A stretch of DNA of 64,000 bases from Marsupella aquatica (lineage: Eukaryota > Plantae > Marchantiophyta): positions 24,302,709-24,366,708 of the forward strand of contig OZ316894.1 of assembly GCA_973895155.1 (NCBI GenBank). Reading direction: 5' to 3'. Positions 12,176-22,400 of this stretch are shown here, piece after piece. The position numbers and the translations under genes were made by a program. Numbering within the stretch: position 1 is the first letter of the stretch; every line of letters begins with the position of its first letter. The notes under the pieces were generated by a model, which saw only the letters and a program-made list of their open reading frames with translations, was not told the origin of the DNA and searched no databases.

Positions 12176-12676
12176 AGGACTAAGAAATGAGTCCGGAACA
12201 ATTACAAATGGACATTGCCATTTGTATTCTTGTTTCAACGTTGACAATGGAATTTTGCAAACTACGTGGTGAACTGTGAGGTAACTTCAGTTGACTGTGT
12301 GGTGAACTTTGATGTAAAAAAATATTAGAATGTGGTAAATATTTCAAAACCTTCATTTTATGATAGAAACAGCAAACAAATTTCAATGGAATTCGAGGAG
12401 CGATACCGGTATCGGAATAGTTTTGTTTTCTTGATCTGTTTTCCTTGTAACCAAAAGTTCTATTTTCAAAATCTAACAAAAATGGAAATATTTCTGGGTT
12501 CTATTGTCGCAATGAAAATGTTTGAAGTTAGTGAGGATATTGAAATTCACAATTTGGGATGAAGCCATCATTCCTCGCGAAGTTGGGAACGATATGAATT
12601 AGTCGGTTTTGCAAAAATCATTGATTTTGCGAGAAATGTGTCGCGCACATTGTGAAAATCGGCAAAAATCGATCGA

Positions 12677-12692
12677 AATTGAAAACACCCTT
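12677..12692 (-). repeat. Right terminal inverted repeat (16 bp)
   Basis: AATTGAAAACACCCTT is the exact reverse complement of 2184-2199. Confidence 0.65.
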
Positions 12693-14050
12693 CTCCATTA
12701 GGCGTCACACTTCTCGTTTGGTCCGTCACCATGTTCCTACTTGTTCAACACAACATGACTACCAGCTTCCCTTCCTAATCAGACTTCTCTCTTCTCAAAG
12801 CTAGCTTAATTTGCCCTTCTCCATTTGGTGAATAGCTCGGGGAATAGTTGCGTCAAGGTCATAAGGCTATTAACCTCTAATTCAAAACTAGCCAAAGTCA
12901 GATTTCAGTGAAATCTCTAGAATTTCCAATTATTTGAAAGTACATTGATAAATCTTCTACAAATTAACAGGGCTCAACTACTAGAAAGGTTAGGGTTCGT
13001 TGTTGAGAAAAGCAATCTTCTCAATTGAACTTGAGAAACTAAGGAGTTTTCTCAACTCAAAGTGCCCATGGCACTTTAGTGGTCGAATATAGTGCCATCC
13101 AATGCCCAAAATCAACTAACTAAAAAAAAACTGAGCCTTGGGTTTATTAATGTTCTAAAATTAGCTAAAATATCTCATATATCTTCAGTGTTTAATGCCT
13201 GCTAGCAGAGCATTATGAACCATATTAGCCTCTCAAAACTCAAGCTAAAAGCACTCATTTTTTTTGGTCATTATGAAGACTATTGCAAAATCACATTTGG
13301 ATGAGGTAATTTATCTTATATTTTCATTAAAATTTGTAAAACTATCTCAGCATAATAAAGTGTGTTACTAGATCATTTTGGACCATAATAGACTCCCATA
13401 ACTTGAGCTAAAGCTAATATCACATATATTATGTTTACTCAAACAAGGCCTAAAAAATGTAACTAGGGGGTCCACTAACTAATTCTCCTTTTTTAAAAAT
13501 CCTGTTGGAGGGGAAAAAGGGTGGGGAGAGGGAGATATTGAGGGATGGAAGGAGAGACTGAGAGAAAAAGGAGCTTCAGGACTGTGCGGGGAGAGGAAAA
13601 AGGAAAGAAGAAGAAGGAAAAAGGATAAAGGTCCACCATCCATATTATAAGGATGGAGTATGCTTGGGCTGGGCCATTTCTTTGCCTTGCTTACATTCCC
13701 TCCCCTCACTTGGATTCCTTTACCTTGTCAATTTTTCCTTTTATGTGGGGTTTCACAACTTTATTCTATAAATTAAAAAAGAAAAAACATGCACAAAAAT
13801 ATAGTCTTGTAAATAGTATATATTAGGAAGTTACTCTGCCAGCCACAATTTGTAAACCCGAGCTCTATGTATATACACATATATAGCCATTAGAACACGG
13901 GAAACATGTCTCACACCAATCAGAAATTGCTCGTTGATTGAATCAATTGCCAACGTCCACAATTCACTAAACTAGGTACTGGGAGTCTCACATCAGAAAT
14001 TGGGCTTCGGAAAAGTGGCGCAGTAATTTCCTGGCCATTGACGCATCTAC

Positions 14051-15058
14051 TCACAAATCTATCAGAAATATCTGAGTAGACCCATTTTCGAATCTCCCTA
14101 AAGAACATTGTACAGTCTCCAACACAATATCTTTCTCTTCAGTACCGAACTTGAGTGTTTGGAGAAGACAAGCTCCCTCGGACGTCCCGTGGGTCTCTCC
14201 ATTGCGTTTGAAATGGCTCACAGTCAAGAGCTCATTGCCAACCAGTATAGTGTGACCGCCGGATCCGATATCCAGATCATCGGGTATATCAGAAAACGAA
14301 CTTCCATCCCATAAACCCACGAATGACTGCAAAGTAGTCCATGAATTTTCAGCAACATTATATCGATCAATGCCATCACGTGTCAGTCGATGGAAGCATT
14401 CGTTTACCACAAACAAGTCGTCGTTAATCAGATTCCCTTTCCCGCCGTCAGCCTCATCCCAAGTGAACCATTTTCCGCCCTCCTTTAGATCATATACCAA
14501 TATTGTAGATTTACAAACATCGACGTTTTTGTCGACATGATCCAAGTCTTCCGAAGCTCGACCACCGTAGATATAGAATTGTTCTCCCAGTGCTGCAACC
14601 TTATGATTCACTCGAGGTTGAGGCATGGCCGGTAAAGTGGACCAGCTATTGACCTTGGGATCATACACCTCACATTCCAAAACAGGTTTGCCACAATTAT
14701 AGCCCCCGAACACATAAAGTTTTCCATGCAGAGCACCAACGCCAAAATGTAGTCTCGGGAATCTCATGTTGCTACACTTTCGCCAGTTGCCCGCTTCGCT
14801 CGCCAGATCGAACGAATAAACTTCTTGGGTGGCAAGGCCCCTGTCATGGTGCTCCAGTCCTCCCAAGATATAAATTGCACGATTGACTGATATCATTTGG
14901 CAATGTGAACGGATTCCTCTGGCAACAGGGAGCGGAGGCAGGCTGCAAAACTGTTTTTCTTTGTAGAGACCAAGCGCATGGGCAGCTCCGTAACGAATAT
15001 TTCCAGGAATTATGGAATGCACTCCAACAACAATAGCTGGTGAGTGAGAGGTCGACAT
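14051..15058 (-). CDS. Kelch-repeat beta-propeller protein (F-box/kelch-like, no obvious F-box), intronless, 335 aa
   Basis: Repeated Kelch motifs IYILGG..VYSFD..W, LYVFGG..EVYDP..W, FYIYGG..VYD..W. Confidence 0.85.
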   Translation of the reverse strand: MSTSHSPAIVVGVHSIIPGNIRYGAAHALGLYKEKQFCSLPPLPVARGIRSHCQMISVNRAIYILGGLEHHDRGLATQEVYSFDLASEAGNWRKCSNMRFPRLHFGVGALHGKLYVFGGYNCGKPVLECEVYDPKVNSWSTLPAMPQPRVNHKVAALGEQFYIYGGRASEDLDHVDKNVDVCKSTILVYDLKEGGKWFTWDEADGGKGNLINDDLFVVNECFHRLTRDGIDRYNVAENSWTTLQSFVGLWDGSSFSDIPDDLDIGSGGHTILVGNELLTVSHFKRNGETHGTSEGACLLQTLKFGTEEKDIVLETVQCSLGRFENGSTQIFLIDL

Positions 15059-15125
15059 CTTCTACACAAATTATAACGAGCTGAAGTTAAAAAAACAATG
15101 ATGGAGTATATTCGTCAATATTTGT

Positions 15126-15370
15126 ATACCTCCAATGTATGCACAGTCTTGAACCAAACATGTAGCGACCATCAAGTAGACGATATAATAAGCGTTCAGT
15201 TTGGATCTCCTACTCAGTCTATCTTCCTAGCTAGACATAGCTATCTCCTGATACCTCCAATATAAGCACATTCTTGAACCAAACATGTAGCGACCATCAA
15301 GTAGAAGATATAAGCCTTACGTTCCTTAAAGTTTATATCTCCTACCCAGCCTATATATCTTCCTAGGTAT
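15126..15370. repeat. ~125-bp tandem duplication upstream of the Kelch gene
   Basis: ATACCTCCAAT..TCTTGAACCAAACATGTAGCGACCATCAAGTAGA at 15126 and 15251. Confidence 0.8.
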
Positions 15371-16599
15371 GCTTTGCTTTCCAGGAACAATGCAGCTGAC
15401 GGTTCAGTAAGCTCAGTCTGCCGAACAACAGAAATTGGAAAGGTATTTTGGAGATATCATTCATCCGATCGATGGGATAAGAATAAAATGAAACCTAAAC
15501 GGAGGCACTGATGAACAATGTAAAGCCTCTAAAGGGCCAATGAAGTGAGTCCCATCCGAGAAAATAAGGGGGACGACAATTGTGCAAGAAGCTCAACTCT
15601 GTCAACACAGTCTCACAAACATACTCGTAAATTAGATTAGTGACGCTTAAAATTCAGACTTGCGCCGCGCGGACCTGACAGACTAGAATGATATAATGCA
15701 CTCACTGTGAATTTGGAACCAGAAACAAATGCGGTGTAGAACGGAACAAGACCGAATGTCGACTCACATTCCGTCGAGGATGGAGCAACTGGCATGCGCA
15801 CGAAGAGCGAGACCCCAGCGCAGCTAGAAGAGTGCAGGAAAACATGAGCAACACAGTGGGGCCGGGCCCTTAAATATCGTAAACTAGGTAAGGTGTTTGG
15901 TTAGTCAGTCAATCTTCGCAGTACCTAACTAAGGGTGGCGTTACAAGAACTTGGGGGCATTACTTCCTGTTTTTCTCTGTGTGAGATGCCAACCTAGCCA
16001 TTCATATGTGAGAAAAGACCACACTTCACTTTACATGAATTTGGGAACCTAGTCATCTGTTAGTGGAACCTCTTTTGTGATGTGTGAATCTAGTCATCTG
16101 TCAGTGGGTCCCTTTTTTTGTTGATGTGTAAATGTTGTTTTCAAAAACTTAGATCTCCTCTTGAGGTGATCTATATAAAAACATGGAGCAGATGGCAGCT
16201 TTTTTCAGGGAATTACATTTATTATTTCCAAACTTGACACATCCATTTCTCATTTCCAGACTTGGCACAATTAGGCTCATTTTAACTTTAGTGCATGGAA
16301 ATGACCATTTGGATAGAGAGACACCTAACTGCCCCCACTTTCTTGTAAACCCCCTTAAGAACACAAACTAGGGAGAAATGAAGGCATGCATGCTGGAAAC
16401 TGGACTAGGTGGACATGATGATCTAGTACAGTATGCTACCCTTAGGCTGATTATTTTGGTGGTACAGAATAGGTCCACCAATCGGCCAAATTTAGCTTCA
16501 AGCGTTGCCTAGCGAGCGTGTTCACGATTCCTATTTTTCATACGACTTAGGGCCACTTTACAAGATGGGCACGACAATTTGAGTGCTTTCTACCAGGGC

Positions 16600-18010
16600 T
16601 GTAACAGAGCCCAACTTTTAGTGGTACGGTAGGACTCTAGTCCAATCCAAGGCAGGAATCCTAGGAGGAAGCGGGCTGCCCATTTTCACACCTCCGGAGG
16701 TCCGATAGTCTAGCGCCCGGATGAGAGTCCCAAGCCGGCTGGCCCGAGCTGATCCATACCAGAATGCAGGTTCGGTTATTCCCGCAGCTCAACTTGCCGT
16801 GCTAGTATTCTAAAGCAAGGAGCGCCCGGGCAGGCTGAAACAACGGTTGCGATTGATTTGATCATGAAAAAAAAGGGACTACATTGCCATGCCCGTCTTG
16901 TAAAGTGGCCCTTATGTACTTCGTCAGACCTTCCCTAAAAAGTAATGCGAACTTAAGCCTTCACAGGGGATATATGTGGCCATCTGCTTATATTCTCATA
17001 TATCAGCCAACCTTTTTTTGCTTGGTAGTCTTCCAGAGCAGTTTATGGAGTAAGATTTTAATTTGGCAACAAGTAGCCTCACGAGTTCTAGTCAGTCAAG
17101 CTAATATACTTGGTTGCTAGCCTAAATACTACGTACTTGGCAATGAAAATTGCTTTGTAGAACATGGCGCCATGTAGAACACTCCGAGGATTCTGATCAT
17201 TGATGGTTCCCATCAAATTAACAATCACCATCCGGCTACGATTTTCATTCTAGCTAGGTACAACCATTTGGTCATAGATCACATGGGAACCGTTTAATTT
17301 CGATCCAGATATTTTCTTTCAGCTGTGTGGGAGGTTTAGGGTTTAAGCCAGAAGCAATTCTGCTAGGGGGCCTCAGATTGGACTCCAGTCTTTCCTCACT
17401 CCATGAAAGTGCTTCGCTGGTATGGAAAAGTTCTAGTGGAGGGTTTCTTGGATTGAAAAGTAAAATGTTGTAACGTCTGGGCACAGACAATATTCTTATC
17501 CGATTTCTGCTAGGAGACGAATATAAAATGTCTACGCGGATGTTTGAAGTCTTAGGCACCGGTAGTCAAAACATCCGTGATAATTATGCTCGTTTACGAC
17601 TTCGAAGAGAGCCGCGAAAGAAAGAGCCTTACCCCGGCCTGGCGAAACATTTTTTTTCATTGATCACTTTTCCATCGAATCCTCCGGCAATGAACATTAT
17701 GTGAAGATCTAAGTCCCCGACTCTTGATTTATTATCTAGGGGTACCCCAAATGAGAGCTTTTACAAAGCACAATCAGGGCCGAAGCCAACTGACAGAAAG
17801 GGGACCAATCAGATACGGACTATAGCGCCCAAGCCGAAGAGCCAAGTGGGGAACACTTGGAACAAAACGAGAGGTTATCAAAATATAGAAAGCAGATGTA
17901 TATGGTGGACACATGAAAATCTAGCAGAATCAATCGACCGGGTGCAGCTGAACTGGGAGGAAGGCCAAAATCATCGATCCTGTGTCTACTAGCTAACCTT
18001 CTTTGTTACA
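16600..18010. mobile_element. Possible solo LTR or non-autonomous element
   Basis: Begins TGTAACAGAG and ends CTTTGTTACA (9/10 inverted match, TG..CA termini); non-coding; no matching TSD. Confidence 0.25.
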
Positions 18011-18059
18011 ACATAATCAGCTGATAGATGCTCTTTGGCCACACTTCCGGAATGTACCT

Positions 18060-19451
18060 TCATTCGATCTTCAAATCCTTGTTGTATGACATATCTACGG
18101 TGTGATAGTAATGCGACTTGATCGCTGCGACATAGCCTGCAACAGCCTTATAATCAACAGCGTACTGTTCACACAAGCGCGCCACAATCGGTTGCAGCTT
18201 CGGGAGATGACAATGGTTCACAGTGGGAAACAAATGATGCACACTCTGATAGTTCAACCCGCCGCTAAAGATAAAGCAGAACCTGCTCCTCACCCCAAAG
18301 TCCTGAGCGGTGACCACCTGGTGTTTAAACCAATCCTTGTCTTCCGCGTGCGCAGCAGTCGGAGTAAGGTGGTTCATCTGCGTGTTCATCATGAACAAGA
18401 ACGAGGTAGTAGGATTCGGTAAAATAGAGAAAGCGAGGCACCGTGTCCAGGAGTCAAAAACAAAAAATGGCCAAGTGTGAAGGACTAACAAAGTGGCAAC
18501 GCGCCCGAAGGCATGCAGAGCAAGCCTCTTTCTGCTGACCGGCTGCATTGGGACACACTCATTGTACAAATTAGAGATAATCATCCAGGGGTCTTCAGTC
18601 ATAGCCCAGTACTCGGCCGCGATAGACCACCAGAAGACTATGAATCCAATGTGCCTTTGCTTCTCGTGGGACGGTGTCCACTTTACGCTCTTGTGCTCTC
18701 TTTTCAACCAGTAGTGGTGTACCAAATCAGGATCCCGGCCAGCAATATTTGGGTAGCTGTGATGTCCAATATTGTGCTGATGGTACCAAGTGAAGGGGCT
18801 AGCGAAATTAGGCAATAAGTAAGGTACGAGAGCATTCACTGTCCAGTTAGGGTGCAGAGAAAAGTGCGTGGCGTCATGGAATGTGTTCACTCCCGTGACC
18901 CAGAGGCATAGCGGGAACAGCAGCAGAGAAACCCATTCACCACGAACAAAACTAATGACTGAATAGGAAAAAATAACGGCCAGGACGGCTATTTCCAACC
19001 ACCGTGACGGTGTTGCTTTCGTTGCTTCAAGAATTGAAATACCTCTCCGTTTGGCTTCACCCTCGAAGTACTCCTTCACTTGGGACCGCAGAGCTTCCCC
19101 GAACTCACTAGTCCAGATGAACTGATGTTCGGGAATTCCATGCTGCTCTTCAAGAGTAAAGTAAGCTTTCGATTGACACTCGCTCAGCTCATACTTTTGC
19201 AGAAGAGCGTCAAGAGTCGTGCGAGCAGTGAATGGATGATGACTCTCGAACAGCACCGTCCCATCTCTACTTGCTGCTAATCCCAAAGCCACCGGTCCCC
19301 CAGGATGCAGCTTCTTGAAATCTGTGAGGTCATACCATTTACTATGGATCTTTGTGACAAGCCTGTCTTTCGGCAACGTATTCTCTAGGCTCCCCGTTTG
19401 CCCAACTGTACTCACATGCCTGTCTTTCGGGACCGCTGCAGCTGTATCCAT
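18060..19451 (-). CDS. Intronless cytochrome b5-fused front-end fatty acid desaturase (~463 aa)
   Basis: HPGG heme motif; His boxes HDATH, HNIGHH and QSVHHLFP; hydrophobic segments; first ATG at 19451 (the ORF track start at 19466 is GTG). Confidence 0.9.
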   Translation of the reverse strand: MDTAAAVPKDRHVSTVGQTGSLENTLPKDRLVTKIHSKWYDLTDFKKLHPGGPVALGLAASRDGTVLFESHHPFTARTTLDALLQKYELSECQSKAYFTLEEQHGIPEHQFIWTSEFGEALRSQVKEYFEGEAKRRGISILEATKATPSRWLEIAVLAVIFSYSVISFVRGEWVSLLLFPLCLWVTGVNTFHDATHFSLHPNWTVNALVPYLLPNFASPFTWYHQHNIGHHSYPNIAGRDPDLVHHYWLKREHKSVKWTPSHEKQRHIGFIVFWWSIAAEYWAMTEDPWMIISNLYNECVPMQPVSRKRLALHAFGRVATLLVLHTWPFFVFDSWTRCLAFSILPNPTTSFLFMMNTQMNHLTPTAAHAEDKDWFKHQVVTAQDFGVRSRFCFIFSGGLNYQSVHHLFPTVNHCHLPKLQPIVARLCEQYAVDYKAVAGYVAAIKSHYYHTVDMSYNKDLKIE

Positions 19452-22400
19452 TGAGGAAAGAATCACGATTGACCTTAGAAGCTGACTGTCACTAACCCAC
19501 AGATGATTCAGACTAGCGCAGACCTTGTAATGCTTGAGGGTTCAAAGTTACGTTCCGTCCTCTAGTATATTCGATCTCGCCGCCGGTCCGCTGCGACACA
19601 CTAGCAGATGGAAGATCCAAGGTATACTAACACGGCGTCATGTCGTGAGACCCAGGCATCCGAATTGGGAGTATTCCAATGCTGTCCTCCGGCTTCCAAT
19701 TGACAGACCACGCTACTCTAAAACAACACAGCAGCATAGTTGAGGCAAAACTGCAGACTCTCCTCTAGAGTGAGTCTTCATCGTGCACCTCATTCACTCT
19801 TATACCAAACACTGAAGGCAACCAGGATGATGATGATCGATGACGTTACATGAGAGTCGATCTCACAGTTTTGCTGTCGAGGTTGAGGGCAGCCGGATCA
19901 CATGCCACCCGCCTCAATTACTGTTAGTCACTGACGCTATTTTCAAAATGTTGAGCCACACGCGAAATATTGTGAGTCACTGTAATTATGTATAGGTTAA
20001 GGCACACTATCAATCACACTAAAATGAGTGGGGATCATAATACAAAGACAACAGGAGGAATGATGTCCGATTTTAAAATATACTAACACGTCGTGACTAT
20101 GGATCATGGCCAGCGCCAAAATGATAGACCACTGTGATGGATGAAAAATTTAAACGAAGCCCAAAATTGACACGCAATTATCCTCCGAAAATCTTGGGCG
20201 AGAATGATTATTTAACATACAGAAACGACTTGATATACGCAATTAGTATATTCCTGATTAAAAAAAGTGTTCGGGACAGAAAATAGCCGGATGATAATTG
20301 CACATCAAAAAGTAGTTATAAAGTAGCTATACTGTACTAAGTTCATGGCAAGCGCCGACAGATTCGATGAATTTTCTTTATATAAACCCGATTGGTCTTT
20401 GATATTAATAGTGTTGTTGCTTTTAAGATCCGGCTACTCCCTTGTTGATGTGCAGTCACCACAACCCATGTCCCATACAATAGTCGTCACACTAATCACG
20501 GTGGAGTGTAGCTTCCTGACCATCATATTAATCGATCTACTGTTTGTTGCAACTGCTCGATCTACCAGTCCCTTTCGGCATGCTCGATCAGTCCATGCCA
20601 ACGTACTGCTTCCTTTACTAGAAGTGAGATACTTCGTACACAATGTTTTTAAGATTAGAGCAATTAAAGTATTTCCCTTGATTTCCATGCTCCGTCTGCT
20701 GATTATTAAATGAAATCTGAAATGTGGATGTCTCATTAATCAATTAATCTGAGATATATTCAATGATTGAGATGAACGGTCGGATCCTCTGGTAGGTCGA
20801 TGCAGGACGAATGTCACTTCCGGGTCTTAAATTTCCTGCCCGTCTCGATCCTAGTTTTGAGAGCATCGGCGTCCCAATGTCCAACTCTCTCCCCACAACG
20901 ACCTTCGGCGGTCACTAATTAACGCCTCGATTGAGTCTGCAAAGACTTGTTTTAGTTTATGGCTTTCAACACCTGTCCAACTATCTGCACATATAAACGG
21001 ACACCACCCTATGGGCCCGCCTATGGGTAGGGTATCTGGGGAAGGGGTTCAAGGCAAACCCATCCGAAAGGACCGAAACAAATCCAAGGGCAGGCACGCT
21101 TGAAAAACAGGAAGAGAATTGAAGGCAACACCAAACGCAGCGAAGCAGGTGAGCAAGTTGGCACTGTAGGACTTGAGGTAAATGTTGTAAAATAAGTGGA
21201 TAGCTGGGCCATACCAACCCGACAGTGAGCAGAGGACAGATGCGAAGAGCCCGAAACAAGGCCTCACCAAGTCGTATCATATCTCTTCGTGTTCGCAAAA
21301 CTGATTTTCAAGGCTTCAGGACTAGAACGAGCAAGAATTAACTAAGGGTATCTTTTACAGGAAGCCCGGGCCTATTGCTTCCCCGATTGCTCCCTTTAAT
21401 TCCCTCTAAGATTATGATCTGAAGGTTGGTTTTGCAAGAAGTTGGGGCCCCATTCAGTTTTGTTTTTTAGAGTACTGATTGTACATGGCAGGTAGTGGGC
21501 CTAAGGAAATGCTATGTGAAGTGCTTAATTTGTCTAGAATTTTATATCAACCCCAGAAGTGGTGCAAACATTTCCAAACTCCAGTTCCTTGCATTAGACG
21601 CCAAGCATTTTCAGACATTGGTTCATTCATTCACAAGATTTGAATTTGTGTAACTTTGTTACAAAAGATTTCTGGGCTTGAATCTATCTTCAGAACACTC
21701 AAGAAGCTAGTCTCGGATTGAAGGTGGCACTCTCACCGTTGATAGTCGTAACTGGTCTGGGTAGCACTATTTGTGTAGCTCAACATTCTACTTGGTATGC
21801 TTCATTTAAAGTTACATTTTAGCTGTCAGTTACATTTTCTTGTTTAGCATGATTTGGAGCATAACATTGGCCCGCAGCAAAATCAACTGAAACAATAAAG
21901 GGTGACACATTTCAAAGACAACCAGAGACATTGCGGGCATTTGCATCATGAGCCAGATTTGGACAAGTGACAACACGAGCAGAGATTGCAAATAGCACAG
22001 CAGTGGCAGGGCATGACAATTGGGAATTACTCTGCATCATGTAATTGTAACCCAAAATTGTTTACAACAAAACCCATCCTAATGAGTGACTGTTATTCTC
22101 TGCTGGGCTAATTCGCAGATAAGACAGCTGTAAATGGCAATTAGAATCACGGGTGAAGTACTCATTGATAGTGCGGACATCTACAATACCATGGGAGCTG
22201 GCACCAAAACAAGGCACTTGGGCACGTAAAATAATAGGACTGCCTTTCCCGAAATCTAGCCGAAGACAATGCTAATCATAAAATCTGGTAAGTACAGTTG
22301 AGTACAGTAGTTGAGAAGCTATGAACAATATGCAAATTACGGCCAATAAATTAATGGGAAAGAAACAGCTCGTCCTGCTCTGCCCCCCAGGTGCGTGTGC

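Larger units (their letters stand above)
2184..12692. mobile_element. Decayed ~10.5 kb cut-and-paste DNA transposon (Sola/DUF7869-like transposase) carrying a ParB-like/DNA amino-methyltransferase cargo gene
   Basis: Perfect 16-bp inverted repeat AAGGGTGTTTTCAATT (2184-2199) / AATTGAAAACACCCTT (12677-12692) brackets a transposase gene, an MTase gene, a tandem array and all copies I saw of the GATACNNGTATC palindrome. No clean TSD is visible. Confidence 0.75.

Noticed and set aside
15600-15945. Possible short solo LTR (TGTCAA...GTTACA)
   Set aside because: No matching TSD and no internal retroelement sequence
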